Source: a virus. Taken from it: a stretch of 64,000 nt of DNA. Shown here piece after piece: positions 50,201-60,340 of the stretch. Location: IMG/VR virus record IMGVR_UViG_3300037189_002988, positions 1-64,000 of that record. One strand, 5' to 3'. Numbering within the stretch: the first letter of the stretch is position 1; the number at the start of each line of letters is the position of its first letter. The translations under genes were made by a program, and so were the position numbers. Under the pieces are notes generated by a model. The model worked only from the letters and a program-made list of their open reading frames with translations, ran no database searches and had not been told where the DNA came from.

Positions 50201-53172
50201 AAACAATGCCTCAGTATGAGGGTTATAACAAAGGACATGTGCAAACATTTGCCAAAGGTGGATCAGTACCTTCACTATTAACACCTGGAGAATTTGTAGT
50301 AGGAAAAGAAGCAGCAGCAAAAAATAGACCATTCTTAGAAGCATTAAATAGTGGAATGATAAACAAGTATGCAGTTGGTGGAGATGTTATGTATGGTCCA
50401 CAAACAAGACGTCAAGCAGCAATTACATCATTTAAGGGTGGACTAGGAACTGCAGGAACAGTAGCAGCAGGTGCATCAATACCATTAATGTTTGCTGGAC
50501 AAATAATGGCACAAAGTTCAAATCAATTTGCTGCATCAATAGGAAGTTTTGTAAATTCAATGACTCCAGCACTATTTGGATTGCAGGTGCTCGGACCACT
50601 TCTTCCTAAGTTAGCAAATCCAATTGGCCTTGCAATCGGTGCTACCGCAGCACTTGCTTATGGAACATATAAAGTAGTAGCACAAATTAAAAAGTTAGAA
50701 GACTCTGGTGCTGCATTAACTAGAGCAATGTATGGCTCATCAAAAACAGTTGATCAAATGGCTGCAGCATTTGGAAGACAAACAGCAACTCAACAAGTTA
50801 CATCTACATTGGCACAAAGAGTTGGTGGTGCAGTTAGTCAACCAGCAGCAGAGGCTGCTAATCAATTTGTTGGAACTGATGCAGGAAAACAATTGATTGC
50901 TGATATTGAATTAGTTAAAAAGGCTGGTGGAGATACTATTGCCGCTCTAAAGAATCAACTAGCAAGAAGCGTTGTATCTGGTGCTATTACAGCAGAGGAA
51001 GCCAGGGGTGTAGCAATTGAAATTGGAAAAACTCTTAATGATCAACAATTAGCAGTAAATGTATCTGCTCAATTAACACAATTAATAGGACAAAATGGTG
51101 AATTAATTAAGGGTAATGAAATAGATATTATTGGAAAAATAACTCCTACAGTTGATATGACACAGGTAAATGCAATTACTGAACAAATGTTTGCTCAAAA
51201 TACTTCTGGATTCTGGGGTGGTCTTGCAAAAATATTTACTGATGATGATGTAGCAAAGAATAAAATTGCTGTTAATTTAATTGCAGAAAGCACAATTCAA
51301 GCATTTAAAACATCAGAAGAATCAGTGTCAAACTTTAAACTCGCAGTTTTAGATGGATCAATGAGTCTTGAAGAATATAATAGAAAAACAAATGAATTAG
51401 GAAGAACAAGTCAACAAACAGCACAAGGTGGACTTGATGCAATTGCAAATAAACTTAAAGTTACAAAAGGTGAATTAAATAATCTTGCAAATCAAAAAAG
51501 TGTAGTTGGTGGAAGAGGTGGCTCTGCACTTGTTCCAACTGGAACTGCTAAGTTATTAGAGGCAGAATTAAAGAAAACAAAAACAGCAGCACAGTCAGCA
51601 TTAAAGAATATGGGTCTTACAGACACCATGGTTGAACAAATTAGCAAAGGTCTTTCTTCTGAAAACTTTGTAACCCAAATGGAACAATTTGGAATGCTTG
51701 CTGGCGGAGCATTAACTGATGAAATGGAAATTAAACTTGCAGAAATGCTTGGAAAAGGAAAATATTATTTTGACAACTTATTAAACCCAGGAGGAAAAGG
51801 TGGTATCCCAGGAGCAGATACTGGAGGAGGACTTGGTGGAGATGGCACAGAAGGGGAAAAGTCAGCACTTCAACTATTATTAGAACGTATTGCATTAACA
51901 AAAAAACAAACCGCTGCAATATCTGGATTAGTTGCTAATGGATTAAAACCAGAAGCAGCCGCTGCATTGAGTGCTGAAGAAGCAACACAACTTTATAATA
52001 AATCTAAAAAAGAACAATCAAAAATTATTGAAACAATAAATAATGATTCTATTAGACAAAGAGTATTAGCAGCAGCAGCATTAACTGATGATCAAAAATC
52101 AATTAATTTAAATAATCTTAAAATTCAAGGTATGAACTTAGAAATTGCACAAAATCAAAAACAAATTGATCAAGTAACTAGATTAAATGAATTAGATACT
52201 AGACAAGTATCTATTAGACAACGTGCATTAGATATTTTAGGAAAGAAAGAAAAATCAGTAAATGATTTATATGCTAATAGAACAAAGGCTTTAGACGCAG
52301 TTGCTCAAGCAAATGAAAGAGCAAATCAACAACAAAGAAATTCTATTGCACTTGCTAATGCTTTAACCAGTGGAGACTTTGGTGCTGCTGCTACAGCCGC
52401 TGCACAGATGACATCAGACTCAGCATCAAATCAAATTCAAGATGCAAAGACAGCATTAGAAGCACAACGTCAAGCAGAACTTAATGCACTTACTACAGAA
52501 GTTAATGGTAAATTATTAACAAGGGCAGAAATAGAAGCACAAATAGATACATATAATGAAAATATTTATCAAAGAACACAAAGCACACTTCAATATGAAG
52601 ATAATATATATACTATAAAATCTAAAATGGCAGAACTTGAAAGAGAAAATGATTTAATTCAACAAAGAGTTGCAACTGCACAAGTTCAAGCAGAAGCATC
52701 TATGGCTAATCAAGAAAAATATTCAAAGAGTATTAGAGACTATTATGCACAAGTTCTTGAAATTATGAATAAGATGGGTGGAAAAGGAAAAGGTCAAACA
52801 GCAGCCTATGGTGGAACAATTAAAAAAATGGCTTTTGGAAATGTAGTTCCAGGAACTGGAATGACAGATAAAGTTCCAGCACTACTAACACCTGGAGAGT
52901 TTGTTGTTAGAAAGTCTGTTGCAGAAGCAAATATGCCATTATTAAAGTCATTAAACAGTAATGTATTTGGTGCAGGAATGAGTGTTGGATCTCCAAACAT
53001 ATCACCAGTTGATGCTACAACGTCTGTTTCAAACGTATCGGCACCAGTGTATAATTATAATGTAAACGTTAATGTTGCAGATACAAATGCATCTCCAAAT
53101 GAAATTGCAGATGTTGTAATGAATAGAATTAGAATGACAAAAGATAGAAGCGTCAGAGGAAACAGATACTAA
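47221..53172 (+). CDS. Tape measure protein
   Basis: 1983 aa, Ala-rich helical; TP901-like core; TM segments; three TPGEFVV motifs. Confidence 0.9.
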   Translation: MAEVVKGIVDIEINTGTAAKELKALQQQINAFNLAINKGNTFQTAAAAKYSSELKDVINASKFFTAETVRMQTAAGALDSTLKKGQSTLGNFFSAKFNRNSALFAETMGLAAERARTMQTQFIATSGSAKGMQEALAIRPLAAFNSEMAVAAQRSQILSTMFRQGTTHLINFGKNVQWAGRQLMVGFTLPLTSFGIVAGKTFADLEKQVVSFKKVYGDIFTTPGELQGNLDAVMALGKEYTKYGIAVKDTVGLAAQAAAAGRRNKDLTDAVTEATRLSTLGQMDQNEALKTTIALQSAFKLSGQELTNAINFLNIVENQTVVSLQDLAAAIPRVAPVIVGLGGDVKDLSVFLAAMQEGGVSAEQGANALKSGLASLINPSRAAKETLGQLGINMEYIVNQNRGDLMGTVTAFSRALSTLDDFTRQQALEKIFGKYQYARLGALFDNLTRQGSQAQQVMDAAGFSVEQMASSADKELKTIEESFGVQLTAAIEKFKLAIAPVGQMFLQMAIPVVNFFTKIVEGFNNLPDFTKRFAALATIITGLVIPAGTMFFGLLMNLSGTLAKLMQGVGIFTKGTLKGGILGGIQAVSQSMKYMSLQELDSALAAKQLGTATMSVNDALLAQVNSAQGARQAINGLADTYGILITRMAEAASMSKFTLGTPGAAMQMAQTRNIKGGFPTKKFASGGVVPGTGNQDTVPAMLTPGEFVVNKKATSSIGTSFLRMLNGGKVRGYNDGGFFSDYENMQKENNGVGNKYTKIISGQYSDPNVSFSQQPFEIGNAPSALLDEMLKELNLTHNKYTRFISPMPRFKPAAGSLAKSLIGASKEYDFNNRLRTGTATRAEVGGFFLGNRRVHGGSSAIVSPFKYLLDEAGITDPKVEKELGRMAHKILLQKVKAGQTVDDKMFSKIFNQAVDRVGASVPDKQKLGFARAALGQQTGESRVSGRVAGLLKVLPNKIRRIPGMRRSTYVYTGSSGSIKFSPGQTRSSGGSGYQTMPQYEGYNKGHVQTFAKGGSVPSLLTPGEFVVGKEAAAKNRPFLEALNSGMINKYAVGGDVMYGPQTRRQAAITSFKGGLGTAGTVAAGASIPLMFAGQIMAQSSNQFAASIGSFVNSMTPALFGLQVLGPLLPKLANPIGLAIGATAALAYGTYKVVAQIKKLEDSGAALTRAMYGSSKTVDQMAAAFGRQTATQQVTSTLAQRVGGAVSQPAAEAANQFVGTDAGKQLIADIELVKKAGGDTIAALKNQLARSVVSGAITAEEARGVAIEIGKTLNDQQLAVNVSAQLTQLIGQNGELIKGNEIDIIGKITPTVDMTQVNAITEQMFAQNTSGFWGGLAKIFTDDDVAKNKIAVNLIAESTIQAFKTSEESVSNFKLAVLDGSMSLEEYNRKTNELGRTSQQTAQGGLDAIANKLKVTKGELNNLANQKSVVGGRGGSALVPTGTAKLLEAELKKTKTAAQSALKNMGLTDTMVEQISKGLSSENFVTQMEQFGMLAGGALTDEMEIKLAEMLGKGKYYFDNLLNPGGKGGIPGADTGGGLGGDGTEGEKSALQLLLERIALTKKQTAAISGLVANGLKPEAAAALSAEEATQLYNKSKKEQSKIIETINNDSIRQRVLAAAALTDDQKSINLNNLKIQGMNLEIAQNQKQIDQVTRLNELDTRQVSIRQRALDILGKKEKSVNDLYANRTKALDAVAQANERANQQQRNSIALANALTSGDFGAAATAAAQMTSDSASNQIQDAKTALEAQRQAELNALTTEVNGKLLTRAEIEAQIDTYNENIYQRTQSTLQYEDNIYTIKSKMAELERENDLIQQRVATAQVQAEASMANQEKYSKSIRDYYAQVLEIMNKMGGKGKGQTAAYGGTIKKMAFGNVVPGTGMTDKVPALLTPGEFVVRKSVAEANMPLLKSLNSNVFGAGMSVGSPNISPVDATTSVSNVSAPVYNYNVNVNVADTNASPNEIADVVMNRIRMTKDRSVRGNRY

Positions 53173-53762
53173 TGGCTACAAGTACTTATATTCAAAATAG
53201 ATGGGCTTATACTAGACCACAGGCTATTGCATGGGCTAATAATAGCGGCAGTGTTAATGGTGGTCTCCTTGTGCCTGGGGGTACTGAATTAGAAGATTTT
53301 ATTATATTATCAGATCATAATCGTGGAGAAATATCAATAGGTCAAAATAGAATTGAAAATAGAAAAAGAATGATTAATGGAACAATGCGTTCATATCATA
53401 TTGCAGATAAATTAAATATCTCATTAGACTGGGAAATGCTTCCTTCAAGATCACATAGTGGAAACCCAGCATACAACGCATATGGCAATGCAGCGTCTGG
53501 ATTAACTGAATATACTGCTGACGGTGGTGCAGGAGGTGCAGACATAGTATCTTGGTACGAATCAAACCCTGGATCATTTTATATGTTTATGTCTTATGAT
53601 AGACACGATAAGTTTAGTGGACAGGTTGATAGATTTGATCATTTACATCAATATAATGATGTAGTAGAAGTTTATTTCTCTTCATTTTCTTTTAACATAG
53701 TAAAACGTGGTGGATCTAATCACGACTTTTGGAATATCTCATTATCTCTTGAGGAAGTATAA
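53172..53762 (+). CDS. Distal tail protein-like
   Basis: Immediately after the tape measure gene; ends W.ISLSLEEV. Confidence 0.6.
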   Translation: MATSTYIQNRWAYTRPQAIAWANNSGSVNGGLLVPGGTELEDFIILSDHNRGEISIGQNRIENRKRMINGTMRSYHIADKLNISLDWEMLPSRSHSGNPAYNAYGNAASGLTEYTADGGAGGADIVSWYESNPGSFYMFMSYDRHDKFSGQVDRFDHLHQYNDVVEVYFSSFSFNIVKRGGSNHDFWNISLSLEEV

Positions 53763-56700
53763 TGTTTGTAGATTCCGACTTAAACACACATCTTAAAACT
53801 AATAATACATTAAAATCAGAATCATTAGTAATTGCAGAATGGAATCTTAATGATTTTGAAAATATATTAAACTTTGGTAATTACCGATATAGGGCTAATG
53901 ATGCAGCATCTTCTATATATGCTAATTTACCTAATTCATACGACCCCGATGATTTAGGAGATTATTATACAGACGCACTTGTTTCAAGTATAGAATCAGA
54001 AACGCTTGTTGATGAAAATGATGCATCATTAATTTTTACTACACCAGAAGTAGACAGACAACTTTACTATGACTTAAAACAATGCTTTAATTCTTTTAGA
54101 CCTAGATCTGGAATTAATAAACCATTGTTCTTTGAAACAGGAAAGTATGTAGATAATATTAAGTCTGCAAGAAGACCTAGATACTACATGGCATCTAGAA
54201 ATGACTACTTTAAATACTGGAACTCATTTAGAATTGAAAATAATATTGAAAGAGGAAGGTCTGAAAGAGTAGACTCAACCGCAATTGGATACAGCATTAC
54301 AGATGCATGCCCATTTGTTGTATACAAAGAGCAGGTTGCCTCTAACAGAATTGTTGTTAAACTACAAACAAATCTTGCAGAAAGTGCTGGGGTAACAATA
54401 AAAGATATAAATAACAATGTAATTACAGATCCACTTACAGATATAACAAAGTCTAGTATTCCAAAAAGATGGTCTGTGCAATACCTAGACAACAACAATA
54501 ATTGGATAACAGCAATTGAATTTAACGAAGACTCATTAAGAAGAGATGGATCAAACATTGTTAAATGGGATGGATATGTAGAATTATTTTATGGTATCAA
54601 TATTCCAGATAAATATAAAGGATCATTTTATTATGTTGATAAACTAAATAGCGTAGGAGATCTTCCATCAGCACAAGCAATAAATGGAGAGGCATATCTT
54701 GTTGGCTCTTCAGCAACATCTGCTGGAACTGTTTATGTTTGGAATTCATCAAATATTGAATGGGAATCCTTTGCTGCAGAATATAAGTTTCAATTATTAG
54801 AAGATGATGATACAAAAAGAATTGGTGTTGTATCTTCCTTAACAGATCCAGACTACTTTATCAGTGGTGGAAAAACAACATTTAGAGAAATTGTATTATT
54901 AAAAGGACTAAGGGTAAAAGTTGAAACCCTGTATGGACCAGACAACACATTTGACTTGATTGAACTAAGCCCAAGACTTACAGCAAACATATCAGACTAC
55001 GTACTTGGCTTTGACGTAACAAAAACAATTCCAAATGATACTTCTGGCATTCCAGTAGGAAGCCTTGTAGCATCTAATGGAACTATGACTTTAATGAATC
55101 ATGATTTTGCATTTAGCGAACAGAATGTGTTTGAAAATAATCAGGGTAGTATTATAGCCAATATATTAAATCCCAATACAAGAGTAGACTTCTATGATGT
55201 TATAAAGAATGTAAATGAGTTTGATAAATTTATACCAGTTAAAAGTATGTATATTGAAGACTTTCCAAAAGGCGGAAGTGCCTTAGTTGACATATCAGTA
55301 AATACTAGAGACTCGTTCTTTAGATTAGAAACTCAATCTTGCCCACCATTATTTTTACAAAATGTTTCATTAACATACGCAGTAGCGGTACTATTAGATA
55401 ATATAGGATTTAGCAACTACGTATTTAAAAATATAACAGATAAAAATGATCCAGTTATTCCATACTTTTTTGTTGAGCCAGATGCAAACGTTGCTGAGGT
55501 ATTACAAAGACTGGCAGTAGCAACACAGTCTGCAATGTTCTTTGATGAATATAATAACTTTGTTGTAATGTCAAAAGAATATCTGTTACCCGCTACTGGT
55601 GAAAGACCAACAGACGTTACACTATATGGTCAAAAAACAGATAATAATCTTCCTAATATTATTGAGATTAAAAGTGGAGAAACAAAGGTTATAAATGATG
55701 GAAAGATTAATTACATTACTAGATATATTCAAAGAGCACCTGCCTCATTAAAGCAAGCCACATATTTAGACGAAGATAGAACCTATGGATATCAACCAGT
55801 AGTTTTGTGGGAAGTTCCAAGCCAAACAAACAGCAAAACAATAAATGAAAAGTCAAAGACTGGATCATTTACTTTAGGTGCAGTTGCTTTGAATACAACC
55901 CTTAATAACTTAGATCCATATGTAGAAAATAATACACTAGTCAACAACATTATAGACATAGGTGAAAATGTATACTGGCTTCCAAGAATGCAGGGGTATT
56001 TATATGCAAATGGTGAAATAATTAAATATGATGCTGTTCAATATACAGTTCCAGCAATAGGAAATGTTTGGGTATCTGATGAAATAGAATATCAAAAATA
56101 TTTTAGTCAACTACCATTTAATGGAAAGATGTATCCTACAGGATTAATAAGAATTTATGCAGAGCCATACTATGAAGATAATATAAATAACTTAGGAACA
56201 TATACTACTTTGTATAAGAATGGACCTGTAAAGAAAAGTGGAAGAGCACAATTTGGAACTAGCATAACTGAACACTCTGCAGGCTTAAATGATTTTTGGT
56301 CCAACAATAATAATGTTGATGGATACACTATGGACTCTAGTTATTTATTTACCACAACACCAACAGGATCTATTATTAGACCAGCCTTCGGAAATGCTTC
56401 AGAAAAACTTTGGCAAACAGGAAAGGCAAACGCAGTTCAGTCAAGTCGTAATGGAATCATATCAAACTTTTTAAGAGAAACAATTCCATCAGATGACATT
56501 GTTAAAACACAAAAAACAACATCTAAAGGAACTGTCCAATCATCTGCACTAGTATTTACAGGACCATCTACAACAGTAGATAAAAACCAAATAACACATG
56601 TTAAGAAAACGTTAGATTCAGACTACAAACATTTTGGAACTAGGATGAGAATTATAGGAAAGAAAGAAGCAAGTACTAGAATTCAAACACCTACAAACGC

Positions 56701-58081
56701 AACAGAGTACTATGTAGTTTCTTCACAGACTGGAGATCAGACAACAACACTTACTGGTGGATCTGGTGGCATATCTATTATGTTAGACTCAGACGGTGTA
56801 ACTGGCTACTACTTTGAAATATGTTCTTTAAGTTCTGATAACTTAGAAAACTACAATACTGTAGATTCTAATACAGGAGTAGAGAGTTCAGTGTTGCACA
56901 ATGTCTTATTTTATAAAGTAGTTAACGCAGTAAAAGACGGAAAAGAAATTGCTCTTCCTGTTAAACTTTGGGGTGGGTTGTCAAAGATATTAGTAGACGA
57001 AGGAAGATTTGTTGGACAAGACAGACTTTCAAATGAAGCAAATCCAACTGTATATGATATATCTATTGAATATAAAGAAATAGGATCTACAAGAAGATTC
57101 TATCTATACATCAATGGAACGCAGATTGCAACAGTAGACGATACAAATCCTCTATCACAAAAATATAACAATATGGCAGTTTTTGTGAGGGGTGGATCAA
57201 AATGTATGTTTGAAAATGTATATGCCCTAAAAAATCAATATTCTCAAGAAACAAAAAGTACTGTTATAGAGAATGTATCAAATGCCTTTGGAAAGAAAGA
57301 AATAAACTCTTCAGATGCTTTAAGAAAGTATGCAGTGTCTGGATTTGTTCAAGCAACATATCTATCTGGAATAGGTGCACAGAATGCACCAAAGTATGCA
57401 ATGTACTACGAAGAGTTTGGAACCATCTTTAGAGAGTGTGCATATTTTAATGTCAAATATGATAAGGCCTATCCAGCATTTAGAGCAATGCTAAAACCTA
57501 CATTTAATAATGAAAAAACATATACCTCATCAGGATTTTACGCAGATGCCTATGGTGCAGAGTTTTTAGTATTCAACTCAACAGATAAACTTATTACACT
57601 TGATGAGACATCTGGTAACTACTTACAGATTATAGGAATTACCTTTACTCAAAATACATCTAACACTCTTACAGCAGATAAGTTTTATCAAGATAGATCA
57701 AACTTTGCAGATCCAATAATTGTTAACAATGCAATACTTTCACCATCTAAACAAGATAAAATATATCAAGACGTAAAAATTAGTAGATCAAAATATGGAA
57801 GAAGAGACTTTACACTAGACTCAATTTATATACAAAGTGAAGATCAGGCTAACGGACTTATGGATTGGATACTTTCTAAAACAATAAAACCTAGAAAGAT
57901 TATACTCCTAGAAGTGTTTGGAGTTCCACATATCCAACTTGGAGACATTGTCAATATAGACTATACGATGCCAAGTGATGATAAGTTTGTTGAAATAGAT
58001 AAGCAGTTTGTTGTTAGTGAAATTCAATACGGAAGATCTGAACAGGGTCCATCTAGTATAATTAAGGTGGTTGAGGTATAA
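53762..58081 (+). CDS. Tail tip/baseplate hub protein
   Basis: 1439 aa; FFDEYNNFVV and P.IQLGDIV motifs; position. Confidence 0.65.
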   Translation: MFVDSDLNTHLKTNNTLKSESLVIAEWNLNDFENILNFGNYRYRANDAASSIYANLPNSYDPDDLGDYYTDALVSSIESETLVDENDASLIFTTPEVDRQLYYDLKQCFNSFRPRSGINKPLFFETGKYVDNIKSARRPRYYMASRNDYFKYWNSFRIENNIERGRSERVDSTAIGYSITDACPFVVYKEQVASNRIVVKLQTNLAESAGVTIKDINNNVITDPLTDITKSSIPKRWSVQYLDNNNNWITAIEFNEDSLRRDGSNIVKWDGYVELFYGINIPDKYKGSFYYVDKLNSVGDLPSAQAINGEAYLVGSSATSAGTVYVWNSSNIEWESFAAEYKFQLLEDDDTKRIGVVSSLTDPDYFISGGKTTFREIVLLKGLRVKVETLYGPDNTFDLIELSPRLTANISDYVLGFDVTKTIPNDTSGIPVGSLVASNGTMTLMNHDFAFSEQNVFENNQGSIIANILNPNTRVDFYDVIKNVNEFDKFIPVKSMYIEDFPKGGSALVDISVNTRDSFFRLETQSCPPLFLQNVSLTYAVAVLLDNIGFSNYVFKNITDKNDPVIPYFFVEPDANVAEVLQRLAVATQSAMFFDEYNNFVVMSKEYLLPATGERPTDVTLYGQKTDNNLPNIIEIKSGETKVINDGKINYITRYIQRAPASLKQATYLDEDRTYGYQPVVLWEVPSQTNSKTINEKSKTGSFTLGAVALNTTLNNLDPYVENNTLVNNIIDIGENVYWLPRMQGYLYANGEIIKYDAVQYTVPAIGNVWVSDEIEYQKYFSQLPFNGKMYPTGLIRIYAEPYYEDNINNLGTYTTLYKNGPVKKSGRAQFGTSITEHSAGLNDFWSNNNNVDGYTMDSSYLFTTTPTGSIIRPAFGNASEKLWQTGKANAVQSSRNGIISNFLRETIPSDDIVKTQKTTSKGTVQSSALVFTGPSTTVDKNQITHVKKTLDSDYKHFGTRMRIIGKKEASTRIQTPTNATEYYVVSSQTGDQTTTLTGGSGGISIMLDSDGVTGYYFEICSLSSDNLENYNTVDSNTGVESSVLHNVLFYKVVNAVKDGKEIALPVKLWGGLSKILVDEGRFVGQDRLSNEANPTVYDISIEYKEIGSTRRFYLYINGTQIATVDDTNPLSQKYNNMAVFVRGGSKCMFENVYALKNQYSQETKSTVIENVSNAFGKKEINSSDALRKYAVSGFVQATYLSGIGAQNAPKYAMYYEEFGTIFRECAYFNVKYDKAYPAFRAMLKPTFNNEKTYTSSGFYADAYGAEFLVFNSTDKLITLDETSGNYLQIIGITFTQNTSNTLTADKFYQDRSNFADPIIVNNAILSPSKQDKIYQDVKISRSKYGRRDFTLDSIYIQSEDQANGLMDWILSKTIKPRKIILLEVFGVPHIQLGDIVNIDYTMPSDDKFVEIDKQFVVSEIQYGRSEQGPSSIIKVVEV

Positions 58082-58761
58082 TGGCAAAAAAAGATAAAGA
58101 AAAGTCTGTAGCATCTAACGCGATTGCTGCTGCCTCGCTTACAGAAAAACAAAGAACTAACCTTCAAAAAGATCTAAAAAAATATGCTAAGTCTGGTAAT
58201 AATGTTACAAAGGCAGAACTTGCTAAGATTCAATCAAAGATAAATAAGTATACAAAAGCACTTACTGCAGAAGCAACAGTTTCAGTGCCTTCACTTCCTT
58301 CATTTCCAGATATTTCATCTACAGGAACAACATCTATAAAACTTCCAGAAAAAGATAATGTTCTTTCCCTTACGAATAACAATGTTGATGAAGCAACAAT
58401 TATAGCGATGGTTTTTGAAAAACTAGGTGCTGTAGAGTTAACTAAGTTTACAAGAACTGACACGGTAGAGGGAATAAATCCTTATTACAATATAATATCT
58501 AATCTAAGTACTATTAAGAAAGAGTTTGATCCTTCAAACCTTGTTGCATCTCAAAAATCAGATACCTCTTTATATAATGCATTTTCTATTAAACTATCTA
58601 ATAAAATACCTGGAGATCAATACCTAGCAGATAGAGCGTTAGATAACTATATCTACATAGATGCAGATGGAAATCTAATTATTGAACTAGACAATATGAC
58701 TCCAGACGAACTGGTAGAAGTAGAAATAGACACAAATGGTACAATTGTAGAGGTGAGATAA
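58081..58761 (+). CDS. Tail-region hypothetical protein
   Basis: Translationally coupled in the tail operon. Confidence 0.5.
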   Translation: MAKKDKEKSVASNAIAAASLTEKQRTNLQKDLKKYAKSGNNVTKAELAKIQSKINKYTKALTAEATVSVPSLPSFPDISSTGTTSIKLPEKDNVLSLTNNNVDEATIIAMVFEKLGAVELTKFTRTDTVEGINPYYNIISNLSTIKKEFDPSNLVASQKSDTSLYNAFSIKLSNKIPGDQYLADRALDNYIYIDADGNLIIELDNMTPDELVEVEIDTNGTIVEVR

Positions 58762-59873
58762 TGATAACTAATGATGGAAAACAAATCGTAGCAAAGTTTA
58801 TGCTTGGTCAAGCACCTACCTTTGCCTCATATATCGCAGCAGGATGCGGTCCAGAGCCACTAATTACTGGAGAGTCAGCATCTGTATCACTGACAAAAAA
58901 GTCACTAGATTTTGAGGTTTTTAGAGTTCCTATTTTATCAAAAGGTTTTATTAAAGAAGATGGGGTAGAAAAACTAGTTTTTAAAGCAGAAATGCCAAAC
59001 GATCAAAGATATAAGATATCTGAAGTAGGAGTATATCCTGGTGCAAACAATGCTGTTGCTGGAAGATATGATAGTAAATTACTTATAACATTTTCAACAG
59101 CAGAAGCATGGACATATTCAGATGGTTCAAGTTCTTCAGCAGTTCCTTATCCAAACATTCCAATTGACAATGGAAATACAAGTGCAAGTATAAATGCAAG
59201 CACTGAAAAGTTTTTATTTATTAACTCAGATTCTACAATATTTAATGATCAGTCAAGACAGAATAGACAAGAGCCACCAAGGTATCTAAATAGATCATTG
59301 CTAGTTTCTGGTAGTTCATCATACATAGGTTCAGGATATACTGTAAATGCTGGATCAAAATATTTAGAAAACTCTGCAATATCTTTTGATTTAAGTCAAA
59401 ACCTTCCAGATGATGAAGTAAAACTTGCTTTTAGTTTATTAAGTAGACAAGCAGCAACCAATACAAATCCAGACAGTGTAAAAATTATTCTACAATTTAT
59501 TAATAACCTATCTGGTATAAATACAGCACCACCTGCTGCAACAGCAAAAATAGATTTAACATCTGCCAATATCGGGTCAAATAGGTATCAGGTTGTAACT
59601 AGGACAATATCTCAATTTGCTGCTGACCAATCATTTTCATGGGCGAATATCAACATGGTTAGAATTTATGTTTCTACACTGGTAGGTGGAGTGCCATCTA
59701 ATGACTACTTTGTTTTACTTGATGGAATGAGAATAGATAACGTTACGGCAATTAACCCATTATACTCACTGGTCGGGTATAACATAATTAAGACAGACGA
59801 TGGACTACCAATTTTAAAGGGTGAAAATACAAATAACTATATTGAATATAGATTTGGCATAGGTGTCTCCTAA
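58761..59873 (+). CDS. Baseplate/tail protein
   Basis: MITNDGK...YIA.G.G...L.FE..R.PI...I.EVG.Y pattern. Confidence 0.55.
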   Translation: MITNDGKQIVAKFMLGQAPTFASYIAAGCGPEPLITGESASVSLTKKSLDFEVFRVPILSKGFIKEDGVEKLVFKAEMPNDQRYKISEVGVYPGANNAVAGRYDSKLLITFSTAEAWTYSDGSSSSAVPYPNIPIDNGNTSASINASTEKFLFINSDSTIFNDQSRQNRQEPPRYLNRSLLVSGSSSYIGSGYTVNAGSKYLENSAISFDLSQNLPDDEVKLAFSLLSRQAATNTNPDSVKIILQFINNLSGINTAPPAATAKIDLTSANIGSNRYQVVTRTISQFAADQSFSWANINMVRIYVSTLVGGVPSNDYFVLLDGMRIDNVTAINPLYSLVGYNIIKTDDGLPILKGENTNNYIEYRFGIGVS

Positions 59874-60322
59874 TGGCAAAAGTTATTATTCCTGTAGATA
59901 AACTTCCATTTCCAGGAAAAGACGGTAAGCATAAAATCAGATTTAGAATTACAACAAAAGATTATAATGAAATTTCTGAATGGTCTCCAATAGTATTGTT
60001 AAATAGTTCTGGCCAAGTCGTATCAGCAAGTGCTGGATATTCATATGACGTATCAACCTCAACATCTGGAACAAAGATGATCAATATAACATGGCAAGAT
60101 GTTCATTCCAGTGTTGATAAAAATAGTCATGATGTATTTGTCAAATGGAGTTATTCATCTGTATTTCAATATATCGGAAGAGAGGCTGGAAATACAACTA
60201 CCATAATGGTTCCAGTAACAGCCTCAACTGCAGTTGTTAAGGTTCAATTACCTTCGTACCCAACCCCACCAGAAGAAAGCAACTTATTTAAACTTTTTCA
60301 GACACCAGTAATAACCCTATAG
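59873..60322 (+). CDS. Tail-region beta protein (FN3-like)
   Basis: S.WSP motif; translationally coupled. Confidence 0.45.
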   Translation: MAKVIIPVDKLPFPGKDGKHKIRFRITTKDYNEISEWSPIVLLNSSGQVVSASAGYSYDVSTSTSGTKMINITWQDVHSSVDKNSHDVFVKWSYSSVFQYIGREAGNTTTIMVPVTASTAVVKVQLPSYPTPPEESNLFKLFQTPVITL

Positions 60323-60340
60323 TGATATAATGGAGAGAAT

